A DNA stretch of 57,571 nt, filler included, from Nemertoderma westbladi (lineage: Eukaryota > Animalia > Xenacoelomorpha), in NCBI GenBank assembly GCA_032718475.1. It is 2 parts of 2 records of this genome, joined end to end, with 100 filler letters (N's around TTAATTAATTAA, not from the genome) between each part and the next. Parts side by side here need not be neighbours in the genome. Positions count along the whole stretch, not along the records: positions 30,850 to 57,571 come from JAUCBJ010000421.1; 1 more part is not named here. One strand, written 5' to 3'. The notes below the pieces were generated by a model that saw nothing but the letters and a program-made list of their open reading frames with translations, was not told the DNA's origin and did no database searches. This document shows positions 36,899 to 49,833 of the stretch, in pieces. How positions within the stretch are numbered: the first letter of the stretch is position 1; every line of letters starts with the position of its first letter. The translations under genes and the position numbers were made by a program.

Positions 36899-37108
36899 AA
36901 CACAGTGTATGGATGATAGAAATGAAATAAAATATTGAGGGTCTTTAGCTGGTTTATTATATTAATTAAAGACAGAAAGATAATAGTCTGATGCAGAAAC
37001 CGTTGAAAACGTTTACTAGTGTTATCTTTAATTAATATAATATAAACCAGCTAAAGACAGAAAGACCCTCAATATTATATTTGATTTCTATCATCCATAC
37101 ACTATGTT
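36899..37108. repeat. ~210-bp imperfect palindrome, MITE-like
   Basis: Arm CAGTGTATGGATGATAGAAAT...ATATTGAGGGTCTTTAGCTGGTTTAT is mirrored by ATAAACCAGCTAAAGAC...GACCCTCAATAT...ATTTCTATCATCCATACACT. Confidence 0.85.
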
Positions 37109-38189
37109 ACAGTTGTTTAATGCTTACCACGTAATCCGTGCGTGTAATAAACACAGTTCGTTGAACCTGCCGGCAATATGATATCTATTGTCAATACATT
37201 ATTCATATTCAGTAGATAATAGTAGGTAGTTATTCAGTTATTAGTCTGTGATTGGATGGAAGCAAGCAAGATGGAGTTCTAGCTAGGCTGAATTAAGAAG
37301 GCTAATCTACCTATAATAGTGGTCTATGGAAATATGTGTCCAGCGTGGATAATTCAACAATAAATATCACTTAAATCATTTCAATCAATTAAAAACATGC
37401 ATTCTTAACATTAATTTCTTAAATTAATTAAAGACTTTGATGGAATGGGTTATAGAGATTAGAGACTCTAGCAATTTAATATTTATATAAGAATAAGTTA
37501 TTCTTACCATGTAAAATAATTAGTTCCCACTTGTAGAACCGCTAAAAATCAGCTGAAATGAGTATTTTGTGCAAAAAGCCAATACATGTAAATTTCTCGA
37601 CACCCTTTGGTCTAAGATTTTCAAACTTTTTTTTCACCAACTAGAGAACATTTCATTCGATACCTGTTTCACAGTGTTTCATTAAATGCTCGTGCGGCCA
37701 AGCCATTTTGTGGACAAACAAGGCCCTCCAGCCCGCCACATAGATAGATAGATCCCAAATTTCTTTCAGCCTCCAACTTCGTACAAAAAGGCAGGTTCGT
37801 TATTACTTAATACTTTCCATAGCACACACTATTCTCCATTGCCCACTGAGACAGACATTAGGAGAGCCATCCCAGTTAACACATGGACTGTCATTATATT
37901 ATTATTATAGTATTATAGTTATAATATTATTATAGTACATCATAGCACATAATATTATATATAGATATAATTGCAATTTGTCTAACAATAAGCACTAAAA
38001 CGTAGTATATATTAATTACAATGACAAAGTACGTATAATAACTAACAATAATACAATATGAAATCACCAAATATACTCGCATCGCAAATATATTAAATAT
38101 TTTAATTAATTTGTTACTTTATATAATATTAATTCTAATTAAAATATAAATTACATCAGGAAAATCCATTGAAAAATATTAATAACGAC

Positions 38190-38630
38190 TAGAAAATATA
38201 CACCGAATCGGTGTCTGAGTGGAAAAAAAGAGCCGATTCGGTGTATTTTCAAGAAAATTGAATTCCTGAATCGGTGTACTAGAAAATATTGACCCCGAAT
38301 CGGTGCTCTGCAGGCTGTATGAAAATATCGCAAGCCCCGATTCGGGGTACAGGGAGTCCTGGATACCCTGATTCGGGGTACAATTTACATTAGATTTTCC
38401 GGTACAATATTGAAGCCGGAAGATTTCATTATTACTCCAAAGTTTACTTATTTGTAGAACATATAAATGTGTATTCGAATATGTTAAAACGAAATTGCGG
38501 AATTAAAATCTTCACATGCGGAAATTAAGGAGAAAAAATGTCTATGGGAGACCCCAGAATCGGGGCATTACAAAACCCAGAATCGGGGTTTGCCTCTATG
38601 CCCCGATTCGGGGTATTTTCCCTTACTGGC
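38190..38630. mobile_element. Non-autonomous DNA transposon remnant with subterminal repeats
   Basis: Repeated GAATCGGTG and CCCCGATTCGGGGTA motifs in both orientations. Termini not resolved. Confidence 0.4.
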
Positions 38631-39050
38631 AGTAGGCACTGCCAGACTGACCTAGGTTGTAGGTCAGTGTCAGTAGGTATATGGAATACCGGTATTGAAA
38701 AAAGGCGTGCCACACGGCACACGAGTTCGGTTAAACGAATAGAGCGCCATCCATCTGTCTACAGGTCTATGTTATGGATCGACCGAATTTAAAATTTTGC
38801 CGAACCGAAATTGAAAAAAAATTCCGCAAATTTGGTAGTACCGAATACCGGTAGGGTACCGTAATTCCAGTCTGGTTCCTGGCTTAATTTGACATTATGT
38901 CAAATTTGACATTTTGCTTTTCAAATTTGACATTTCATGCTAAACATGGCAAACACCAACCATCAGACCATGGTGCAGTTGATTTCAGTTAGTGAACCAA
39001 ACTTAAGCTTGGAGGGTTCAGGGACACAGGCGCCTGGATCAACTATCCAG

Positions 39051-41488
39051 CTGATGAGGCATGGATTATATTAAAATCTGAACTCTTAACTGGCCAAGAT
39101 GTGTATGTCCCCATTGTAAATGCTCGTTCATCTTTTAGGGAACGCTGGATGTCACAGACTGCAATTTCTGCTGTTCAGAGGAAGCAAGTGCTTTTTCAAC
39201 GTTGGAGGACATATCCTACTGAGCGCAACCGTAATAGATATGTCAGTGCCAGACAGACGGCTGGTAGGGCATGTAGAGTGTCGAAATCAAATCACGAAAA
39301 ACGTATTGCTGAACTTTGTAGTTCCAATCCTAAGGCTTTCTGGTCTTACGTTAATTCTAAAAGAAAATGTTGCAACCCAATTGGCCCATTACGTACAGGG
39401 AATCAGACTGTTACCACGGAGTCTGAAATGTCGGAAGTTCTAAGTGACACATTTTCTGCTGCGTTTATTTCTGACGACGGCATCAGTCTGTCAGTGACCC
39501 ATTACCTGACCCCCCAACCTTTGAGCGTGATATTCCCCTTCTTGAGAATGTTGACGTTTCTATTGAAAATGTGATGAAGTTGTTATCTGATTTGAATCCT
39601 ACCAAGTCTGCTGGCCCCGACAAACTACATAGTCGAATACTGAAAGAGTTAACCGAGGTCATTGCAGTCCCATTATTTGTCATTTTGAAGGAAATAATAT
39701 TTTCACTGATGCCCAGCACGGAGCTCGTGCTCACCGTTCTACAGTTACACAGTTACTAGAAGTAGTGGAAGACTTCTGCAACTTTGTAGATGAACTGCAT
39801 TCTCTTGGAGCTGATGTTGTGTATCTCGATCTAAGACGAGCCTTTGACACTGTCTCACACACCCTGCTACTGCATAAATTAGAGAGTTATGGTGTAAAGG
39901 GCAACGTTTTAGTTTGGATAGGTAACTTTCTTACTGGGCGTACCCAAACTGTTAGGGTTAATGGAGTATTAAGTGGGACTCGAATGGTGACCAGTGGCGT
40001 TCCTCAAGGGACTGTTACTGCGCCAATATTATTCTTGATCTTCGTTAATGATGTTCCTGATATGATCACATCTTGTTGTAAGATATTTGTAGATGATACG
40101 AAAATATACAGACAAATTTCTAGTACGGACGACACCAACTTCTTGCAAGCGGACTTAAACCGGCTTGTTGAATGGGCAAACAAATGGCACTTACAGTTTA
40201 ATTTTTCAAAGTGTAAAATACTTCACCTTGGTCGTAGAAATCCATCAACGCCATACTATATGTCTAACACAGTTCTGGATGCAGTATGCGAAGAGAAAGA
40301 CCTTGGTGTTACTTTTAGTTCCAATATGTCATTCTCCGCTCATTGTTCTAATATTGCTGCTCGTGCGACACGTATTCTTAACTTAGTAAAACACACATTC
40401 ACGTTTATGGAACCGATAATGTTTACCAAGTTATATAAGTCTATAATTCGTCCGCTACTCGAATATGGTACAGTTGTATGGTCACCGTATCTTCAAAAGG
40501 ATATCGAGCACATAGAACAAGTGCAACACCGCGCAACCCGTATGGTACCTTCACTACAGCATCTGTCATATGAGGAGCGTCTTCGTTCACTTAAAATACC
40601 GACACTGATTTACAGACGAGCTAGAGCGGATATGATATCAACATACAAGTTTGTTCACAAACTTGATAACGTAGACTATAGTAACTTTTTTGAACTCAGA
40701 AGCCAGCGTCACTCATATTCGACAAGAGGTTCATCACTGACATTGTACAAACGAAACACCGCGGGTCAACATCTGTTCCACACTAACAGTTTTGCGTCTC
40801 GTGTAATAAACTTATGGAATATGTTGGATGAGAATGTTGTTAATGCTCGAGATTTTCATGGTAATCCTAGTGTAAACTTATTTAAAAATCGTCTTGATTG
40901 TGCCATGAAGTCCAAAATGAATATTTATAGTGATATACCAGTTAGACAAGTTGCCACTGCCCAGTTTACATTCCATCGGTACTTATATTAAATTAAATTT
41001 TTCTTTTGTATCATTGTAATTACAATTTTTACTTAATTAAATATCAGGTTCTTTGTTTTTAATATTTTCATATGAAGTGCACGGTATTTTTTATTATTTT
41101 TATTATTTTTTATTTGTTTTTTTTAATATTATTGCACACATCGAAGTTTTTACTGTATCGTTCTTAATAGAAACATTTTAATCATAACGTGCCTTTTATG
41201 TTTATTTTTTATTGCAATATGTAAAATTATCAACATTGTGATTTTTACTTACAATCTACGTCGTATAATTTTGAACCCCACTATCTGTTTATTGTTTATT
41301 TATGTTTGTAATATGTTATATGTTTGTACCTATAATGTATGTAACTTACCTGCAGTACTTCATAAAAGAAATATACGCATATGCGTAGAATCCTTATAGA
41401 TTTGCCAGTTCATTGTGTTTTATAAGAATTTATGTGCTGTATGTATTAATTTTAATTTGCATTTGGCGTATTAAACTAAACTAAACTA
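39051..41488 (+). mobile_element. 5'-truncated CR1-clade LINE
   Basis: ORF2 pieces at 39101-40991 (NPKAFWSYV, KSAGPD, VYLDLRRAFDTVSH, SGVPQG, IFVDD, EKDLGV, EQVQHRATR, SYEERL). AT-rich 3' UTR, (CTAAA)n tail at about 41472-41488, and flanking duplication ATCCAG at 39045-39050 and 41489-41494. Confidence 0.92.
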
Positions 41489-41958
41489 ATCCAGAGTCAG
41501 TAGTGAATCAGAGATAGCTCCAGATACGCAACCTAGTTCATGTCACCCTGTCAATCCAGCTCACAAAATTGGATCACGATTATATTAGACCAAGTAATGT
41601 TTTGTCTGATTACGAATTTATGATAAAGCAAATGAAGCAGGCATTGGTGTATTATGGATCTACAGTCCATGGACTTAAAAATTTCAATGATCTCAATATT
41701 GACACCAAAAACTACATCCCAGAAGGAAGTATAACAATAATATTCTTATATGAAGAGAGGCTATATAATATATATTTACAGACACATCGGTCAACCATTA
41801 CTGACCACCAAATGTAAATAAATTTGGGTAAAACGAAGCCACCTAAATAAGGGAACGAAAATTTTTAGTTTAATAGTCCCCCCCCCCCCCCCCCGTTTAA
41901 TTTTTGAGAATTTTGAATTATATAAGTGCCAAATTATGTGCCTTATTTGTACTTCCAG

Positions 41959-42435
41959 ATCCTGTTATTGCCGCTGAGGTATTCACCAAGTTTATTCCCA
42001 GTATTCCGGAACCGAAGGAATTAGGCAACTCAATTGATTATTGCGAAGGACAAACAGCGAGTTGGAATATTTATTGTGTCGGATATGTTCCAAGCAATAA
42101 CCCTGCAGTATCGTTGACAAAGTTAATGTTAAAGAAACCTGGGGATGCGGATGTGAAGCTCGCTACCACAGCTTATCACTTAATTGATGGAGTGTCGATC
42201 ACCGAATATCCAGATCGCGGTTGTATACAGAAGGGAACCTACCGTACAGAAGACCCTCCAAAGGAGCCGCCACTCATTGAAGGAAAAACAGCACAACCAC
42301 ATTACATCGACTACGAGTTTACTGGCTGCACGAAGGAACACGCTGGGGAATACGACTGTGAACTAAAAGATCAGGATTCTTTGGACTTCGATCCTTCCAG
42401 TAATGGAGCTGTTACTGTCACCTTCAACAGAAATT
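41959..42435 (+). CDS. Internal host-gene exon encoding an immunoglobulin-like domain
   Basis: Acceptor TTATTTGTACTTCCAG and donor GTGAGT bound 477 bp of open frame, phase 1 at both ends. IYCVG (B-strand Cys) and HAGEYDC (F-strand G-x-Y-x-C) motifs present. Confidence 0.75.
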
Positions 42436-43290
42436 GTGAGTATCTTACTTTGTTACAAATTATAAATATCTAGGATAAATAAAATATAAAATACCTTGTT
42501 AAAAAAAATCATTAAAAAAATTTCAATTTTTATTGATTTTGAACTCATTTTAAAATGATATAAATAAAAATCTGTTTTCTTATTAGATTTTTCTTATTAT
42601 TTCTTAGAAATCTTATTTTTATAAAATAGAACAAACAACAAAACATACATAATAATAGGGTGGAAGCTTAAATGGTGAAATAACAAAAATTTTAGAATTT
42701 CAAAATTGTAACAATTTTTTCGATGAATGGTCCTATTTTAAGATGTTTGACACCATTTCCATCAATTGCCCCGAGGGGTTTTTGAAATGACCCCTATCGT
42801 GCAGTTACTATCAATTGAAGGAAAAAGTCAATTTGCCAGTTCGGACACTTGCAGTCATCGTATGACATCAATTTTAGTCTCATTTGAACCGCAATGGTCG
42901 ATTTAGTGGGGGTAGATGAGATTCTCGAAGCCCGCAAACCAAAATTTTGGAAGCTACAGTCAAATTTATTTACATATTGCTAGGCCTACAGTATTGATAA
43001 TGATACAATTTACTACAGCTACTGTAGTTATTATTCATTCAGACATAAAGACATACTAAAAAAAACATGTGCAGCACCCACCAAGCAGACCTAACCCCAC
43101 TAAATCAATGATTGCGGTTCTAATGAGCCAAAAATTAGCTCTGTGCAGTGCACCCAAAGAATTACCCTGTCAGAGTCTATATTTCTGACCATCTAACGCC
43201 CTCTCGTGCAATTCTCCTCCGAGAAGCCCAATTGCTTAAAAAAAGTAAAATGATTCATTCTGCTTCCCTTCGGTTCCTACGACAACGGCC

Positions 43291-44570
43291 TTGACGAGGA
43301 CGAACAGTTTGATCGGTCCAGTTGCCAATAATAGTTACTCGGATGCTGCCCGTAGTGGGGGACCTGTGGGTGCACCTCGTAACGTTACAGCTGACGTCAT
43401 TGTCTGTCCCACGAACGACGATTCCAATAACGGTTTCATAGTTGTTGGCCACAATGGGCGCCATCGCCCAATTAAACCCCCAAGGGCGGCTGCTGGTACT
43501 ACGGTATCTGCAAAATTGGGACCGTCTCACAACCAGCAACTCTCAAGGAAGTATATTCGCAGGAAATTCGTACAGGGTTCTTCTCAGACTATGGCATTTC
43601 CTACTTTTCAACCCATAAGGAAGCTCTACCTTACTGGGTGTGGACCAGATGTAGAGGCATCTGTCATCGAGAAGTACGTCAAGGAATCGTTTGATTTTTC
43701 AATCACCGCTGAGCGCGACATAACCAGGAGAGTAACCAAGCCTCGTTTATTCTCAGCTGCTCTAACGACACCGATCGTGATCGACTTATGGATGGTTCCT
43801 CCTGGCCACGGAATGCAAGAATTAATAAATATTTCCCACCCAGGTTTTCTGGTACTAGGGAAGGCCGGGTCTCAGAGAGAGTTTCAGATGGAGCTTTGGC
43901 TACATCTGCTAATATTTAAATGCAGTTATCATCTCGATATGCCCAGTTGGTTTCTTTATAATTACATACACTTGTTTTTTATAAGTTTCCTTCATTTGCA
44001 ATTCACTTGTAGATATATATTTTCCGGTATATGATATATATATATAATTTTTGCCTACTTTTACTAATTATGGTTTTTGTGTTTTTTGCAATTTTTACAT
44101 TTGTATATATAATCTATTTAACAACTAACAATGGAGTCTCATATTTTGAAGATAGCTAGTTATAATTGTAATTCAGTCCGTAGAGTGGAGTCTTGTGCAG
44201 TCATTAAAGACATGTGTAACACGGGCTGTGACATAGTATTACTTCAAGAAACGATGGTTCCTAAACAGGAACTTTCGTTATTTATGGATATCCATCCTAA
44301 TTTTTTGGGCAGAGGGTTCTCTACTACAGACTACGCTGATGGGCTCTTACATGGTAGAATTAAGGGTGGCTTGGCGTTTCTGTGGAAGAGGTCTATTGCC
44401 CATGCATTTAATGTTGTTGATTTTAACGATGATAGAATTCTTGGTGCTACAATTGAGATTAACAATAATGATACTCTTCTTATTTTGAATGTGTATTTAC
44501 CATACGAATGTCCTGATAACTGTGAAGCTTACAGTGTATGCTTAGGTATTCTGAAATCCTATATTGAGAC
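43291..44570 (+). mobile_element. 5' portion of a LINE: ORF1 remnant plus N-terminal APE endonuclease of ORF2, 3'-truncated
   Basis: ORF from 44131 has LKIASYNCNS, DIVLLQET, GGLAFLW and LILNVYLP (APE motifs). The upstream ORF has KLYLTGCGPDVEASVIEKYVK, resembling LINE ORF1. Confidence 0.8.
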
Positions 44571-44620
44571 GGAATCGTCCTTCCGTCCTGTTTTCTATAA
44601 ATTTTATTGAGAAAAAATGT

Positions 44621-44738
44621 GGACTTTTCGGATAAATATATTTTTTTCACAAGAATGACTAGCTGAGAAAAAATGGCCCGTATTTTCGGCTGGCCCTAAG
44701 GCACGTGCCTTATATGCCTTAAGGTTAATCCGGCACTG
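44621..44738 (-). mobile_element. Terminal fragment of a hAT-like DNA transposon, ending ...TTAATCCGGCACTG
   Basis: Diverged reverse complement of 56226-56343, with a CAGTG terminus. Confidence 0.7.
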
Positions 44739-46020
44739 GTAAGGAAGTCACTACAATTTGGTAGGTCATTGATATATAATAAAAATAGTATTGGGCCCAG
44801 AATTGAACCTTGCGGAATACCACAGTAAATCGATTTATATGATGAACAAGTTCCAGCCAAAGAAACACATTGAGATCGATTCGAAAGGTAACTAGAGAAA
44901 AGTGAGTGTGGGAGTCCCCTTCTGCCATATGATTCCATTTTTTTTAATAAGATTGAGTGGTCTAGCGGTCTAGTCTTTTTAAGGTCAATGTATACCATAC
45001 AAGCAGAGTCACCCTCATCTAGAATAGATCTCAATTTTTCTACTATTTGTAATATTGCCTCCGAGGTCGTGTATTTTTTCCTAAATCCAAATTGATTGCG
45101 TGATATGATTAGATTATTATCGAGATATGAAACTAACTGTGTATAAATAATTTTTTCAAATATTTTGCTATAAATTGGAAGTAGTGAGATAGGGCGGTAG
45201 TTGGAAGTGTCACATGGATCACCGCCCTTATAAGCGGGGATTACTTTGGCACACTTTAGGCTATCAGGAAATATACCAGCTTTTATATTAGAATTGATTA
45301 AGGTAGCTAAATGGGAACTTAATATATTGGCACCTAATTTTACCAGTTTAACAGGAAATGAGTCATTAGTGGCCGAAGTCTCACTCAGATTTAATAAGTA
45401 GTAATGTACTTTAACCTGAGATGTTTCTAGTATACCAAACGAGTTATATTTTTTGTGTCTGATAAATATAGTAGGCGAGCGAGCAGAGTGTGGAATGGAT
45501 GATGCTAATTTCGGTCCTATTGAAGTAAAAAATGTGTTAAATTCTTCTGCCATTTCATTTGGCGTGGTATGGCAAATTTCATCGTTATTGTTATTTTTTA
45601 ATTTTAGCGACCTAGGAATTGAATTAGTATTGCATTTATGTAGCGCTGAATTGATACATTTCCAAGTTTTTTTCATATTCGATTTATTTTTTCAAATTGT
45701 TCAGTATAGTATTTTCTTTCTGCCCTGCGCAATAGTGTGGTGAGACTATTTCTGTAAAGTTTATATAAATTGTGGTTCTGCTCTGTGGGTTTTGAAATGA
45801 AAAGTGCATACAGACGATATTTTTTATGAACAGACTTTATTAATGATTGTTTAAGCCAAGGTTAACGTGGGATATTTTTTTTGGTGAATGTTCTAGTTGG
45901 TAGCTGGTCTTTGCAAATGTCTTCAAAATTTTTGTAAAACAAATCAAATTTTTCATGTTCTGGAACGCTGGAATGTTTATATGACCAGGAATTGTTATTT
46001 TGTAATTTGCGTAAAAAACA
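44739..46020 (-). pseudogene. CR1/L2-group LINE RT fragment, truncated at both ends
   Basis: FNTFFTSIG, FPDSLKCAKVIP, NYRPISLLP, QFGFR and GIPQGSILGPILFLLYINDL. Cut by the hAT-like end before the YADD motif. Confidence 0.88.
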
Positions 46021-46056
46021 ACCTGCATTCAATTTTGAATAATCATAGGATATTTG

Positions 46057-48247
46057 CTGCCATACGCTGCCGTGTCATGGCGCCGACGTCGGCCCACTCC
46101 TCGAAGATCCTAAACTTCTCTTTATCATCCATCCAGTCGCACTGGCGTCTGTAGAGCCCCCGGAAGTTGCACTTGTTGTGCAACCGTGGACACGCCCCCA
46201 TCCTGTGGCTCGACTCGCGGCAGTAGAGACAACTAGTCCCTTTCTGGAATCGGTACAAACAGCTCCTTTCCTGGTGAGTTTGCCTCCCGCAGTAATCACA
46301 GCCGAGCACCAATGTCTCCCGCCCCATGTCGTCTTTCGTCCCAAGCGATCTCCGCGGTCTGTGGAGTCGCTGGTAAGCGAACTTTTCGACGTTAGCGTCC
46401 CTGTCCACATCTATCTCCTCGCCCCTCCCGGGCATCGTCTCTCTGAATACTACCCGTGGTGCCGTTCCCGGTTGCTCGCCCAACCTGATGGTGCTCCCCG
46501 CGAAATCCATCGCCGGCTCCTCATGCACCCAGGCCCGCTTGCCGGGTCTATCCCAGAAGGCTCTCGCCCCACTGGCCGTCACCACCCTCCCGCCAACCCA
46601 GTCCATATCTGAGTGGCCGATCCTCCCGATGGGCGGCATCTCTCCGAACTCGTCATCATCCTTGCCCTCCTCTGGGAGTGGCTCCAATCCCGGTATCCCG
46701 GTGGACCCACTGTGTCCCTTCCCACCTTGGCTCTCGCCTGTGATTCTCCATCCTTCCAGCTCCCCTGGCCTCCTCAGTGTGTAATCGCCCTCGGCGCCCG
46801 CTGGTATGGGCGTCGTCTGCAATCCCGATGTCGACTGTTTCGGTGATCCCACCGTCCACCCTAATTCTCGCCCTAGAGACTCGTCCGAACTTCCTGATGA
46901 TGTCCAACGAAGTTCGTCTAAGGCCTCCTGTTCCTCGAACCCGTAGCTTTCCCTTCTTGCTTCCTCCTCCCTTTCTTCTGCCTCCCTCCTTTCTCGCCTA
47001 GCGATTTCTTCCAATCGCTTCTCCTCTTGTCTATCTGCCTCTAGCTGCTCCCACCTCTGATATGGCGTATCCATCTCCCCGTCTACTAGATGTCGGCAGT
47101 TATAGTATACCGACTCGCCCTTCAGCCCCGGGTGGTCTACCAGACCCTCGAAAGCCGTCTTGAAGGCTCTTCTGTAGTTCAGGGGTGATCCCGATAGCAG
47201 GAATGCTGTTGGTTCTCTCTCAATGAATGAATAGGTTTAGCAAACCCATCATTATCCAGTCCTCCTGCAGGATATATCGCTTCTGATATACCTTTATCGC
47301 TCCTCTCCGGAATTGATACACCTCTTGTTTCCCTGGCCTCGCTCCCCACTTCAGCGAGTTCACTAACTCCGCTCCGTACTCCTCTCTGAACTTACCCCAG
47401 TCCATTGGTTTGTGACACACGAGCCCCATTAGCTGGCCCATCGCCACTGCTCCACAATGGCCTGCGTTCTCCACTAGTCCCAACCCGTCTGGTGCTGTCA
47501 TAGCCATGTAGACCGTCTGCATGTCCAGGAGGTTGGGGGTGTCTGGACCGATGATTCTCTCCGCATCGTCGCGGATCGCCAATCCCACCTTTGTCGTCGA
47601 CTTCTCTCTTACTAGGGTTTGCACCGCCTTTGGCAACCGGTTCAACTTCGGCCCGTTCTTCTTCCCATACGTTCCCAGGTCGAATAGGAAAATGTCCCCA
47701 TTTGGCGTGGCCAAATGTAGGAGTATGGTTCTGGCCGACCCTGCCGACCCTCTTCTCGAACCTTCCTCGTCTTCTACGGTCCCCTCATCGTCTAGGACCA
47801 TGTATCCTCCCCTGCTGACGGACTCTATGAACCTCTTCCAATCCTTTCTCGGTGGCTCCTTTGCGTACTTCGGAATCCCAAACTTCGCCTCGTCTCCCTT
47901 CACGTAGTGGAAATGCTCGAAGATTGCGTTGTCTAGCGACGGTGTCCCGTAGGTCCCGACCAGTCGCTGTTCGTGCATCTCCCTGAAATGGTCCTGCAGC
48001 GCTCGCGCTTTGTGACCCCTCTCTAACCGCTCGTAGTATCCCCTCATCTTTTCTTCTGGATGCCTCTCGGTGAAGTCCACCAGTATCTCCTTTCCTCCTA
48101 ACTCCGCCTTTCTCTTTCGGACAAGTTTCTCCGCCATTTCGAACTCTCCCAATCGCTCACCCGTAAGGTGGTGCCTTGCCAAGGCGCAATACAGATGAGT
48201 GATAAAGTTAGGATGGTCTGTGCAGTTCGATAATGGCCTATCTCTCA
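46057..48247 (-). pseudogene. Accessory exonuclease/zinc-knuckle ORF, copy 2, C-terminally truncated
   Basis: ORFs 47220-48248 and 46043-47074 align end to end with copy 1. They retain MVLDDEG, KVGLAIRDD, NLLDMQ, RYILQED and two intact CCHC knuckles; the third is partly deleted. Confidence 0.8.
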
Positions 48248-48569
48248 CTGAATCTTAGGTTATCGCCTAATTTTCCTACCTAATTTTCTAAAAGTGCCAA
48301 ATTGTACTAAATTTCGTAATTCTGTCCGTTACTTTAATTATGTTCCAGAACATTTCTCCTACTGTTACCATAATTTGTCTAATTTCTAATTTTATTTTAT
48401 TTTAATATTTAATTTAATCCTACTACTGTGCTATCAGTATTCTGCCAATGGATTATTCTATTTTATAATCCACATTCTGGCCTACTCTGTGGGCTTGTGC
48501 AGTACAACAGTATGTGACGCGTGGCCTACACGATTTATCCAGATGTACCCACGTGCCCCCCTCTTGCTA

Positions 48570-49290
48570 CTCACTACTAGCTCTACTAACTTCCTAACTA
48601 ACCTCTACTAACTCTCACTATATTTCATATCATACATACCCTCCTACCACTAACTCTTACTGCTAACGGTACTATACGTACCGTTTTACTAACTTCTCTA
48701 CTAACTCCTACTACCGGTACTACGTACCCTCTTACTAACTTCTAACTCCACTAACTCTTACTAACCGGTACTATGTACCCTCTTACTAACTTCTAACTCC
48801 ACTAACTCTTACTAACCGGTACTACGTACCCTCTTACTAACTTCTAACTCCACTAACTCTTACTAACCGGTACTACGTACCCTCTTACTAACTTCTAACT
48901 CCACCAACTCTTACTAACCGGTACTACGTACCCTCTTACTAACTTCTAACTCCACTAACTCTTACTAACAGGTACTACATACCCTCTTACTAACTTCTAA
49001 CTCCACTAACTCTTACTAACCGGTACTACGTACCCTCTTACTAACTTCTAACTCCACCAACTCTTACTAACCGGTACTACGTACCCTCTTACTAACTTCT
49101 AACTACACTAACTAACGGTACTACATACCCTCTTACTACTTAACTAACTATCTAACTAACGGTACTATGTACCCTCTTACTACTTAACTAACTATCTAAC
49201 TAACGGTACTACGTACCCTCTTACTGCTAACTCTTACTAACTTCTATCTGCCTACTTACTTACTACGTACCTACTACATACTATTACTCT
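48570..49290. repeat. Internal hairpin tandem array, copy 2, with a regular 51-bp unit
   Basis: Unit GGTACTACGTACCCTCTTACTAACTTCTAACTCCACTAACTCTTACTAACC, about 7-8 near-perfect copies plus variant flanks. Confidence 0.95.
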
Positions 49291-49337
49291 CTCTTTCTCT
49301 TTCTTTCTTTTTTTTTTTATATTATTTTTATATTATT

Positions 49338-49833
49338 TTATTTTTTTTTATACACGTCCGACACGTTCACATTAATAGCACCACTGATATTGCCATTGGT
49401 TAGATCAATTAAATCCTCTAACTCAATTAAGTTATTTTGTGCGCCCAGATTAGAAACGGAATTATTTTGCTCGTTCGAAATAAGATTATTTGAATTATTT
49501 TGTAAATTCGGATTTAGGTTTAAATTATTCGAATTATTTTGCATATTATTTTGTAAATTCGGATTTAGGTTTAAATTATTCGAATTATTTTGCGTATTAT
49601 TTTGTAAATTCGGATTTAGGTTTAAATTATTTGTATTATTTTGCGTAATTATATTATTTGAATTATTTTGCGTAATTATATTATTTAAATTATTTCCTAC
49701 ATTAATATTAGAATCACTCGGATTTAAATTACTACTGTCGGGCAAAATATTATTTCCTGCAATGAAAGTTTGATTAGAATTATCTAATACGGTTGTATTA
49801 ATATTAACGTTGTCTACTGTATTATTATTATTA
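49338..49833 (-). other. Asn-rich low-complexity open frame with 48-bp repeats, foreign to BEL copy 1
   Basis: NLNLNPNLQNN(T/M)QNNSN repeats. The frame is open back to the poly-G/GGT-AAT junction at about 49835. Confidence 0.55.

Noticed and set aside
36985-37015. Hammerhead ribozyme in the palindrome spacer (CTGATGCAGAAAC)
   Set aside because: The core should be CUGANGA, then stem II, then GAAA. Here the core is mismatched and stem II is absent.
41569-41817. Short ORF with DHDY (HCF-binding-like motif of THAP proteins)
   Set aside because: Only a four-residue match, with an upstream in-frame stop and no THAP or transposase motifs.
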